Source: Pseudomonadota bacterium
GTDB taxonomy: Bacteria; Pseudomonadota; Alphaproteobacteria; Rhizobiales; Rhizobiaceae
Assembly: GCA_023389195.1 (NCBI GenBank)
Contig: JAEWET010000020.1
Span: 33,059 to 97,058 of the forward strand
Direction: 5' to 3'
DNA length: 64,000 nucleotides
The notes beneath the pieces are model-generated. The model had not been told where the DNA came from, searched no databases, and saw nothing but the letters and a program-made list of their open reading frames with translations. This document shows, in pieces, positions 48,001-55,424 of the stretch. Position numbers and translations under genes: made by a program. How positions within the stretch are numbered: the stretch's first letter is position 1; each line of letters opens with the position of its first letter.

Positions 48001-48356
48001 AGGCGCCCCGCCCTGCAAGTGGCGGCATGCCTACCGGAACAATCTCCGTGAATCCCGTTGGTGATTCACCGACGGCGACAGGAGGGGGCACCACAACTGC
48101 GGAACTGCCGAAACAGGGGCAACCTAAACGCTTCCATGGCTCCATCACCCTGGATCCAGCACGCGTGGGACGAGATGCGAGCCGCGTGGCAGATGAGGTA
48201 ATCTCTCACCTATCGGGATTGATGGGCACGAATGTCCGTGTAACACTTGAAATCGAAGCGGAAATTCCCGATGGAGCCCCGGAAAACGTCGTCCGGACCG
48301 TCACCGAGAACAGCCGGACGCTGAAGTTCGACAATCAGGGCTTTGAACTGGAGTGA
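45015..48356 (+). CDS. Swt1-like HEPN domain fused to a DUF499 P-loop ATPase
   Basis: The N-terminal HEPN R-x4-H motif is ELRGHRNKWAHQ. The Walker A is TNFGGGKTHSMLAL and the Walker B is LVLIDEWVAY. 1113 aa. Confidence 0.85.
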   Translation: MAITNHERVGNALDLLRAGLGPFVEREIKAAMKDGTSVPALQSLASDPLIKDKPITEWDAALLLKVMWESWNEVFRKTLGPAERGIVGELRGHRNKWAHQEAFTSDDAYRALDSAGRLLTAVSAPQSRDLERIKMELLRVRFDEQARNEKRKAAGTAIESQATGTLKPWREVVSPHRDVASGRYQQAEFAADLWQVHIGEGVDEYRKPVEFFRRTFLTDSLQQLLVGAVRRLSSDGGDPVIQLQTNFGGGKTHSMLALYHLFSGATPSELLGVEGVVKEAGIGDLPAVKRVVLVGNKISPGNPVRKDDGTIVHTLWGELAWQLGGRAAYDRIRADDEKATSPGDVLRDLFNEYGPALVLIDEWVAYARQLHDQSDLPAGSFETHFTFAQALTESAKLAKHCLLVVSLPASDTAGSPHTQADDVEVGGRRGREALDRLRNAIGRVESSWRPASAEEGFEIVRRRLFEPLIEQSQFVARDTVAKAYFDLYRSQHQEFPPECRDSEYEGRLKAAYPIHPEVFDRLYTEWSTLVKFQRTRGVLRLMAAVIHSLWEKGDRNPLIQPANIPIDDPRVQFELTRYLSDNWTPIIEKDVDGPNSLPLRIDGEVPNLGKFSACRRIARTIYLGSAPGSTVSNRGIEDRRIKLGCVMPSESPAIFGDALRRLSGAATYLYQDGARYWYSTQPTVTKLAEDRTEQLKSDPDRINRELDTRLRADLRKQGDFARIHALPQSGQDVPDDFDARLVVLGADHPHSRDTNSAAEAAAKAILETRGSAPRLYRNTLVFLAADKTRLQDLDESIRRYLAWQSVLDEKDELDLTPHQVRQAETQKASADSAANARLPEAFQWLLVPQQPTPQSPIEWQSFRLSGQEPLAARASRKLKNDELLVTGLAATRLRLELDQVPLWRGDHVLVKQLVEDFARYLYLPRLRDTAILLDAIREGLGLLTWGKDSFAYAESFDEAASRYRGLRCGQMVSLSPDNPLGLLVKPEPAVKQQDDEAPRPASGGMPTGTISVNPVGDSPTATGGGTTTAELPKQGQPKRFHGSITLDPARVGRDASRVADEVISHLSGLMGTNVRVTLEIEAEIPDGAPENVVRTVTENSRTLKFDNQGFELE

Positions 48357-48567
48357 GGAAGCGCAGGCAAGAGTCAGAGCCAACGGCTGGCGAGAACGGA
48401 GTTCACTCATCATCGCGAACATGCCCGCGCCTGATTCGGCATGACGCTGTAGTCGGCGAGCATGTCGGCAATCGCCGTCCCTCCGGCAGGGAGACGAGCT
48501 CCTCGGCCGCGCGCGCCTGGAACTGGCGGGTGAACGACATGACGCTCGTCACGGCGAGCCCGGGCGG

Positions 48568-48759
48568 TTGATCTACTACGTCCAGGATATCGAGAACCCA
48601 GCCGACGGGTCATCGAGGCACGGCGCCCTCTGTGGCTGCCAAATTGATTGGGGTGCGGTTCTTCAAGGGTTCCTGGTCGAGCATGATGGGCACGTAAACC
48701 ATTTGTGTCGCACCTGGGCCACAGCCTACAACGGCGGCGCTGGGGCTATCTCGTCGTAA
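48568..48759 (+). pseudogene. degraded paralogue of 32367..32702
   Basis: LQGFLVEHDGHVNHLCRTWATAYNGGAGAISS parallels LQGFLVEHEGRVSPLCRTCVTTACNGGLGAISS. The Cys ligands and the N-terminal two thirds are lost. Confidence 0.4.
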
Positions 48760-48800
48760 GCATCCGCCGCGGTGGGTCCGGTCAAAGATCGGCCCTACGC

Positions 48801-49688
48801 CTACCTCTCGACGGTGTTCAGCGTTTGGATAGTGGTCATCCAACGAACGCGCGCCGCGCCGTCGTCGGGTGCTGCGATGATCGCCTGCAGCGCTTCAACA
48901 ACGGCCTTCCGCTCGTTGTCGCTGCGGCAACGGTCCAGGAGCGGCACCAGCACTTGCCGGTGTTCGTGGATCATCATTGCGAATGCATCCCCGGCCAATC
49001 CCTCGTCCTGGTGGCTGGAACGCCGCAGCAAGCGCGGCGGCTTCTGTTTCCGAGCCGCCCTTGGCCTGTCCAGTTGCCCGCGCTTGAACAGCCCGGCCTT
49101 GGCGTCGCTCCACAAAGGCACGGGTGCGCGTGGCATCGGTTCAGCCTTGGGCGTTGCGGGAGCCGGACCCGCCTCCTGGACCCGGCGCGTGAATTCGCCG
49201 CGAAGCACCGAAAGCCATTCGGCATCGCGCTTGCGGTCAATTTGCAGCCGTCGATACTTCCATCGGAGGAAGTCCAGCGCCGCAGGCGGGAGGCGAGCGT
49301 CCGCACTGCCGCCAAGACCCGCCGCCACGCGGAAGGTCGTTTCGTGTTCGGCAAGATCGATTGTCGCGCCGGGGGCCCAGGGGTTCTTCTTCCACGTGTC
49401 GCGCAGCTTGTTCACGGTGCGCTTGCCTTCGGCGCGGGTCCAGTCCCCGTGCGAGATACGTCCCGCGCAATAGTCCTGCTTCTGCCGCTCGCGCAGTTCC
49501 CGCGCCGCCTTCGGTCCGCAGTGGCGGATGCAGCGCTTTGACCCTTTCAGTGGCAGAGCCCGACAAGCCCCGCCCGTGCGGGTTTGGGCACCGCAAGTTG
49601 GCGCATCAGGCCCGCCACGCCGGACCCGGACGTTGGCTTCGCGGAAATTGCGCTCTTGCTCGGCGCCATAAAACCCTGCACCGCCCAA
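48801..49688 (-). CDS. hypothetical island protein with an N-terminal Cys-rich (zinc-ribbon-like) motif
   Basis: 295 aa containing CGAQTRTGGACRALPLKGSKRCIRHCG. It is the intact counterpart of the remnant at 32863-32982. Confidence 0.6.
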   Translation of the reverse strand: MGGAGFYGAEQERNFREANVRVRRGGPDAPTCGAQTRTGGACRALPLKGSKRCIRHCGPKAARELRERQKQDYCAGRISHGDWTRAEGKRTVNKLRDTWKKNPWAPGATIDLAEHETTFRVAAGLGGSADARLPPAALDFLRWKYRRLQIDRKRDAEWLSVLRGEFTRRVQEAGPAPATPKAEPMPRAPVPLWSDAKAGLFKRGQLDRPRAARKQKPPRLLRRSSHQDEGLAGDAFAMMIHEHRQVLVPLLDRCRSDNERKAVVEALQAIIAAPDDGAARVRWMTTIQTLNTVER

Positions 49689-49971
49689 TCTGACGCCTCA
49701 CTGCATGACACATCAATCGCCCATGGGTAGTAATGGTATTACATTGCAAACGCGACGACAAGGGTTTGGTTCGTTCGTCGGCAGCGCTCGGTGTGACGCA
49801 CATCGCGCGGTTCTAAGGCCCTTAAAGTCGGTCATCCACCGTACAACGATTGTCGGGACAGCTACCGACAGGACTGCTAATACCCGGTTCGTGAACAGGA
49901 TGGATCCGGCATCGCTGACCCTAACAGTGTTTCTGGTTGCAATGGGCGTTTTTGGTTGAGGGGCTATCCGA

Positions 49972-50385
49972 ATGAAAATTGTACTCGTACTCGCCGCCGT
50001 GCTTCTGAGTGGCTGCGGGCCAAGCGATCCGTCCTACTGGAACGAGACGATGGACCGAGTGTACGCCTGTCACGTAGAAGCCGCTCAGACAGTTGGCGTC
50101 GATTTCACTGAGCCGGTGACGTTTCGCGATCTGGAAACCATTGCGGAGATACGCGCCCAGTGCATTGTGGACGCGGGCATAGTGGACGAAAAGGCTGCAG
50201 CTCTGTGTCTGGTGCTGCACGACAACTACAGCGATTATGCTGATTGTTTGGACGAAAGCGGCCCGCAAGACAGAACGGCTAATTGTCGGAATGAGCACGA
50301 GAACGACGACGAAGAGTACCAGGAATGCATGGAACGGCCCCTCGTGACATTGCGCTCGAGCTATGAGCCGCGATCGAAACGGTAA
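49972..50385 (+). CDS. putative lipoprotein
   Basis: 137 aa. MKIVLVLAAVLLSGCG is a lipobox with Cys at position 15. The mature part has several Cys residues and the gene is AT-richer. Confidence 0.6.
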   Translation: MKIVLVLAAVLLSGCGPSDPSYWNETMDRVYACHVEAAQTVGVDFTEPVTFRDLETIAEIRAQCIVDAGIVDEKAAALCLVLHDNYSDYADCLDESGPQDRTANCRNEHENDDEEYQECMERPLVTLRSSYEPRSKR

Positions 50386-50709
50386 GCCATTCGCCACGCG
50401 CGGCAGGGGCGCCAGTGAAGCGTTCGGGGAAGATCGGGCTGCCAGGAAGCACTCCGTCGTTTCGTCTGTCTGGATTGTCAGGAGGTCCAGCAACCCCACG
50501 CTTTTGATGGATGGGTGATAGCCATAACCTGGGTCGCCGCCGGCAAGAGGAGAGGCGCGGGGTCCTGCTGCGAGGCCGTGGCTTGCGGCGAGACAAGCTT
50601 GGGGGCGGAACGCATAGGAGCCGGACCGACCCCATGGGCCCCGCGCCCGAACTCGCCTCGTAGATTCGCAATCCAGTCAGCATTTACGCGCCGTCGCCAA
50701 TAGCACTAA

Positions 50710-51051
50710 TCACTCGAATGGGGGCAATGGCCTGGTCCACTCGTTGGCACCGCCTGGGTGCTTCGGGGCATCGCGAGGAATTTCGTGGCCGGTAAAGCCG
50801 TCACGGACCCAACGAAAGATTATCGGGACAGCGAAAGGTAGGGCTGCCAGCACCGGAAACATGAATAAGACAACTACCGCTTCGCTGAACCCCATGCTTC
50901 GGTTGCCGCCCATACCGTTGCTCGTGCCAGCACGGTCAATCACGTCAATCGCAGCGACCAGAAGCCACATTATGGACACGACTACCCACAGTCGAACGTA
51001 ACCTCTTTTCCAATTCGTCCGCGCGCGCGGTGCAAAAATATCTGCCTTCAT
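50710..51051 (-). CDS. hypothetical membrane protein
   Basis: 113 aa with two hydrophobic helices, LWVVVSIMWLLVAAIDVI and VVVLFMFPVLAALPFAVPIIF. Confidence 0.5.
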   Translation of the reverse strand: MKADIFAPRARTNWKRGYVRLWVVVSIMWLLVAAIDVIDRAGTSNGMGGNRSMGFSEAVVVLFMFPVLAALPFAVPIIFRWVRDGFTGHEIPRDAPKHPGGANEWTRPLPPFE

Positions 51052-52017
51052 GGTGTCGCCCCCTTTGCCCTAAGGCGCTGTATCGTGAACGGGGCGGCTG
51101 GCAACGGCAAGCTCCTATCCGTCGTCTCGTCCTTTCAGGACTGTCAAAAGTCCAGATCGCCAAGCAAAGAGGGACGCGTTGCGCTTTGTTCCGTCTGTCT
51201 AAAATGTCAGAAAAGTCCAGACGCCCCGCGATTTGTGCGAAAGGGTAATAGGTGAAATCGAGGTCGCGCCGGGCGACGGAGAGGGGCGCGGGTTCGGCCC
51301 GGTTCACATAGGCCCAACTAGCCCGCTAGACCGCGCTCACTGCGCATGCAAACTTGACGCAATTCCTTTGGAGGGCTTGGCGATTTTCAGGTACTTCTTT
51401 TCCGTGCGCGCGAACTAGAAAGTGCACCGCGCGCTTATCAATGCGATGTTACAAGGGTCTACCTGCCTCCGCGTGGGATACCTTGAAGGCACCGCCCTTT
51501 GCTGGGTTTCTGATAGTAACCGAATTGGGGCTTATCGCACCTGCCGGATCAGGCGGGCGGCTCAAGGCGCGGGACGTTACTTGGATTGTGGCGATGGAAA
51601 TTGCCTCCGCATGGAAAACACTATCGCACTGGTGTGGATAACCAAAAACCGCAGGCAAGGGTCTACTCGCAGGTCGCTTTCCAAGCGGCTGTCAATGCGC
51701 TTCTAGAAATCATGCCACAGAAGACGCCCGAAGAAGTGGGCCGCATCATTGGCGAAAGTCTGCAGCAGCGCACAGAGCACTATTCAGCACTGCTTGTGAT
51801 TGGTCAGTCACCGTTAGTCTCTTGACCGCTACCATGCCAGCGCCGCGCCCATCCGAGCCACGCGTCGAGGCGTTGCGCTTAGCGGTCGATGCGCTCTTGG
51901 TTGACTATCCGCGTTCGGCGAAGGACTCGCGATAAGGTGGCGTAGAGGGTGGCTCAGGCGACTTCGATCCGGTCGCACATAAAATCGCAAATGAAATCAA
52001 TGGGTTGCTGAAGGTAC

Positions 52018-52031
52018 TGGCGGAGAGGGAG
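52018..52031. repeat. tRNA-proximal att repeat (3' end of tRNA-Ser)
   Basis: TGGCGGAGAGGGAG is identical to 26376-26389. Confidence 0.55.
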
Positions 52032-52107
52032 GGATTCGAACCCCCGATGGGCTTGCACCCATGCCGCATTTCGAGTGCGGTGCATTCAACCACTCTGCCA
52101 CCTCTCC
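52018..52107 (-). tRNA. tRNA-Ser (anticodon CGA), class II with a long variable arm, CCA encoded
   Basis: The reverse complement reads GGAGAGGTGGCAGAGTGGTTGAATGCACCGCACTCGAAATGCGGCATGGGTGCAAGCCCATCGGGGGTTCGAATCCCTCCCTCTCCGCCA. The acceptor stem is GGAGAGG/CCTCTCC. The anticodon stem is CCGCA/TGCGG with loop CUCGAAA. The T-loop is TTCGAAT. Confidence 0.9.
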
Positions 52108-52413
52108 GCGGGGCGTGGTCCGCTCTTTCGAACGCGGCGCACACATAGCCATTGTGATGGATCGGCACAAGTGGTTTTGTCGAGGAATTGGGGGCACTCG
52201 GGCGAGTGGGTGCGAAAGCGCGGCAGCGCGCTGCTTTGCGTTGACTTCAAGGCGGCGCTGACGTATGAGCAGCCTCGAAAATCCGGTGTGGCGTCTCGCC
52301 GCGCCGGTTCTCTGCTGGAAAAAACGCCCGCAGGGACAGTTTCAACCGACTGAACAAGAAGCCGGCCGGGTGCTCGCGCATCCAGAGCCGGAACCGAACA
52401 GAAAGGACAAAAA

Positions 52414-52863
52414 ATGTTCGCAGTCATCAAGACCGGTGGCAAGCAGTATCGCGTCGCCGCCGACCAGGTTCTGGAAATCGGCCGCGTCGCCGGCGAGATC
52501 GGCGACATCGTCGAGATCGGCCACGTGCTCGCGCACGGCAACGGCGACGACGTGACGATCGGTGCGCCGCTCGTGTCGGGCGCTTCGGTCTCCGCCGAGA
52601 TCATCGACCAGAACCGCGCCGAGAAGGTCATCGCGTTCAAGAAGCGCCGCCGCCAGAATTCGCGCCGCAAGCGCGGCCACCGTCAGCTTCTGACGACGGT
52701 CCGCATCTCGGAGATCCTGCTCGACGGCGCCAAGCCCTCGAAAAAGGCTTCCGAGAAGAAGGCTGCGAAGGCTGAAGCCGGCGACGAGACGCCGAAGGCC
52801 GCCAAGAAGGCAGCGCCGAAGAAGGCTGCCGCCAAGACCGAAGCTGCCGAAGCCGGCGAATAA
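52414..52863 (+). CDS. rplU: 50S ribosomal protein L21 with a Lys/Ala-rich C-terminal extension
   Basis: [22 protein letters not shown]...[15 protein letters not shown], then [40 protein letters not shown]. Confidence 0.95.
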   Translation: MFAVIKTGGKQYRVAADQVLEIGRVAGEIGDIVEIGHVLAHGNGDDVTIGAPLVSGASVSAEIIDQNRAEKVIAFKKRRRQNSRRKRGHRQLLTTVRISEILLDGAKPSKKASEKKAAKAEAGDETPKAAKKAAPKKAAAKTEAAEAGE

Positions 52864-52888
52864 GAACAAGGCATAAAGGAGAACTCCT

Positions 52889-53158
52889 ATGGCACATAAG
52901 AAAGCTGGCGGTTCCTCGCGCAACGGTCGCGATTCCGAATCCAAGCGCCTTGGCGTGAAGAAGTTCGGTGGCGAAGCCGTCATTCCGGGCAACATCATCA
53001 TTCGCCAGCGCGGCACCAAGTGGCACCCGGGTACCAATGTCGGCCTCGGCAAGGACCACACGATTTTTGCGATGCAAGAAGGCGTCGTGTCGTTCGCGCG
53101 TAAAGCCAACGGCCGAACCTACGTATCCGTGGATGCGGTCAAGGAAGCAGCGGAGTAG
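52889..53158 (+). CDS. rpmA: 50S ribosomal protein L27
   Basis: [48 protein letters not shown]. Confidence 0.95.
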   Translation: MAHKKAGGSSRNGRDSESKRLGVKKFGGEAVIPGNIIIRQRGTKWHPGTNVGLGKDHTIFAMQEGVVSFARKANGRTYVSVDAVKEAAE

Positions 53159-53230
53159 TCGGTTCCGCACCACAACACCGGCGCCCCATCTCGGGTCCGG
53201 TGTCTGGTCGACAATCCAGAGCAAAGCACA

Positions 53231-53258
53231 GGGGAGATGGGTCGCCATCTCCCCTTTT
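53231..53258 (+). terminator. rho-independent terminator of rplU-rpmA
   Basis: ggggagatgg-gtcg-ccatctcccc (a perfect 10-bp stem) followed by tttt. Confidence 0.8.
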
Positions 53259-53283
53259 GCCGTTTTGATCTGGAGGAAGACCC

Positions 53284-53874
53284 ATGGTTCTGGAAAAGGA
53301 AGACCTCGAGGAGGAATGTTGGCGGATCGACTGCCCCGTCCTCGTCACCGAAAGGCTGGTCCTGCGCCCGCCGCATGAAGACGATCTCGAGGAGTTGGCG
53401 GAACTCGCCAACAACCGCCGCGTCGCCGAAATGCTCGGCCGCATGCCGCATCCCTACGGCCCGGCCGAGGCGCGCCAGTTCCTTGATTCCACGCGCGCGG
53501 ATCGCGAAGCGGGCTGCGTCTACGCCATCGCGCTCGGGGCCAATGGCGCGTTCATCGGCTGCGCGGGGCTCAACGCCACGGCGCGCGGGCTCGAGCTCGG
53601 CTACTGGATCGGCGAGCCCTATTGGGGCCGCGGCTATGCGACGGAAGCCGCGCACGCGCTGGTCGATCTCGCCTTCCGGGCGACGCCGATCGACGTGCTG
53701 CACGTCTCGTGCCGCGTCATCAACGCCGGCTCGCGCGGCGTCATCCACAAATGCGGGTTTCAGTATTCGGGCCAGGGAATGCTGGATTCGCGCGTCGTCG
53801 GGCGCGTTCCCGTCGAACGCTACCGGCTCGACCGCAAGACGTGGGTGAGCCTTAGAAGCTGGGGCATGGCTTGA
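53284..53874 (+). CDS. GNAT family N-acetyltransferase (RimJ/RimL-like)
   Basis: 196 aa containing ERLVLRPPHEDDLEEL...GYWIGEPYWGRGYATEAAHALVDLAF...NAGSRGVIHKCGF. Confidence 0.8.
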   Translation: MVLEKEDLEEECWRIDCPVLVTERLVLRPPHEDDLEELAELANNRRVAEMLGRMPHPYGPAEARQFLDSTRADREAGCVYAIALGANGAFIGCAGLNATARGLELGYWIGEPYWGRGYATEAAHALVDLAFRATPIDVLHVSCRVINAGSRGVIHKCGFQYSGQGMLDSRVVGRVPVERYRLDRKTWVSLRSWGMA

Positions 53875-53937
53875 CCGGCAAATCCGGCGGCGAGACGTCT
53901 GCGTAGACTGGTGAAATCCGGACTGGAGATCACCGTC

Positions 53938-54441
53938 ATGCGCCGTCTCGCCGCTTTCGCATCGATCATGCTGGCCGCCTTGCTCTCGCTTGGGCATGCG
54001 GAGGCCAAGAATTTCCTGCTCGAAGATTACTTCGCCGGCAAGACAGTCGCCGAAGGTCCGTTTCGGGCGATCAATTTCACGAGCCGCAAATTCACCGTCG
54101 ATCTGACGGGGACGTGGAACGGGCGCACGCTGACCTTGCGTGAAGACTTCGTCTACGACGATGGCGAGCGCGATACCAAGACGTGGCGGTTCACGAAGAC
54201 CTCGCCAACGACCTATACCGGAACACGCGAGGACGTCGTCGGGCAGACGCTGGTGACGATCGACGGCAATGTCGCGACGTTCTCCTATCAGGTCTATCTG
54301 ACGCCTGAAACGCAGGAAAACCTCGTCACCTTTTTCGACCGAATGGTCCTCAATGAGGACGGCACTGTTTTGAACAAGGCCACGGTGATGAAATACGGCT
54401 TTCCCGTAGCGTGGACACGTGTCGATTTCCGTCGCGACTAA
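53938..54441 (+). CDS. DUF3833-like secreted protein
   Basis: The signal peptide is MRRLAAFASIMLAALLSLGHAEA. The sequence LEDYFAGKTVAEGPF...W.GRTLTLREDFVYDDGE fits the DUF3833 pattern (from memory). The track start at 53911 is GTG. Confidence 0.65.
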   Translation: MRRLAAFASIMLAALLSLGHAEAKNFLLEDYFAGKTVAEGPFRAINFTSRKFTVDLTGTWNGRTLTLREDFVYDDGERDTKTWRFTKTSPTTYTGTREDVVGQTLVTIDGNVATFSYQVYLTPETQENLVTFFDRMVLNEDGTVLNKATVMKYGFPVAWTRVDFRRD

Positions 54442-55373
54442 AGCGCAAGTTCCCAGTCTTCGCCGACCATTTCCTGTCCGAAGGAAGAATGCGGCTTACG
54501 CGCGACGCATGTGAAACCCGCTGCCTGATAGATGTGCAGCGCCGACGACAAGATGTCGTTCGTCCAGAGCAGCAGACGTGAATAGCCGGCCTCGCGCGCG
54601 CCCTCGATACAGGCATCGACGAGCCTTCGTCCCAGTTTTTGCCCACGCAATGCGGGTTCGACGTAAAGAAGCCGCAGGCGTCCGACGTCTGCGCTGTCGC
54701 GCATCAGGAAGACCGAGCCAACCGTTGCGCCGCCGCGATCGGCGATCCAGGCGCGCTCCCCAAGTTCGCGTGGGCGCCGCGTGAATGCGACGAGGATTTC
54801 TGCCACCAGCGCCTCGAACGTGGCATCGAAGCCGTATTCGTGGTGGTAGAGCAGGCCCTGCCGATGCGCGATCCAGCCAAGATCACCGACTTCGAAATCA
54901 CGCAGACGGATCGGCGGCTCTGCGATTCCAGGCTCCAGGAGAGAGCGGACCTCCGACATGGCGCGCACCAGACGACTGCGGTCAGAGGACGCCAATCCAT
55001 CGACGAGTTCGGCGGCCTGCATTTGCGAGGCGCGATCGAGCGGGGCAAACGCGGCGCGACCGGCTGCGGTCAGTTCGAGAATGGAGCGGCGACCGTCCTT
55101 GGTCGATGGGGTCGCCTCAAGCAAGCCGGCTGCCTTGAACCGCGTCAGGATGCGGCTCAGATATCCGGCGTCTAGCCCAAGTTCGCGAGCGATCGTGCTT
55201 GCCACCAGGCCGTCGCGCGTGGCGAGTTCGTAGAGGATGCGTGCTTGCGTCAGGGTGAAATTGCTTGCCAGAAATCCATGTTCGAGCAAGCCCATGCGCC
55301 TTGTGTAGAAGCGGCCAAATGCCCGCAATGCCTCTTCCGGTGACGGTTCCGTATCAGTGGGGCGAGCGTCCAT
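54438..55373 (-). CDS. MarR-family HTH fused to a GNAT acetyltransferase
   Basis: The MarR part is LTQARILYELATRDGLVASTIARELGLDAGYLSRILTRF. The C-terminal GNAT part is LYVEPALRGQKLGRRLVDACIEGAREAGYSRLLLWT. Confidence 0.8.
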   Translation of the reverse strand: MDARPTDTEPSPEEALRAFGRFYTRRMGLLEHGFLASNFTLTQARILYELATRDGLVASTIARELGLDAGYLSRILTRFKAAGLLEATPSTKDGRRSILELTAAGRAAFAPLDRASQMQAAELVDGLASSDRSRLVRAMSEVRSLLEPGIAEPPIRLRDFEVGDLGWIAHRQGLLYHHEYGFDATFEALVAEILVAFTRRPRELGERAWIADRGGATVGSVFLMRDSADVGRLRLLYVEPALRGQKLGRRLVDACIEGAREAGYSRLLLWTNDILSSALHIYQAAGFTCVARKPHSSFGQEMVGEDWELAL

Positions 55374-55424
55374 GGCAGATCCTCCGCCACGAGCATTCGC
55401 GCATTAAGTTGACGGAGTCAACTA

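Larger units (their letters stand above)
26376..52031. mobile_element. tRNA-Ser-associated integrative island (about 25.6 kb) with an int-alpA-alpA-primase core and defence cargo
   Basis: It is bounded by 14-bp direct repeats and carries a P4-type integrase, AlpA regulators, an AEP primase with an iteron array and the defence cassette. I see no relaxase, T4SS or capsid genes. Confidence 0.6.

Noticed and set aside
33506-48356. Classification of the cassette as BREX, DISARM or classical type I/III R-M
   Set aside because: I find no PglZ, BrxC or BrxL-like proteins, no DUF1998 or PLD proteins, and no HsdS or Res subunits among the five proteins.
51586-51825. 79-aa plus-strand ORF near the island's right end
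   Set aside because: It has no RBS and no motif, and overlapping alternative ORFs exist. Support is insufficient to call a gene.
26376-52031. Island as an integrative conjugative element
   Set aside because: I could not recognise a relaxase, coupling protein or T4SS gene. It is at most mobilisable or satellite-like.
52108-52413. Possible ribosomal-protein leader RNA upstream of rplU
   Set aside because: I could not identify a conserved structure by eye. The L21 leader I know of is a Firmicutes element.
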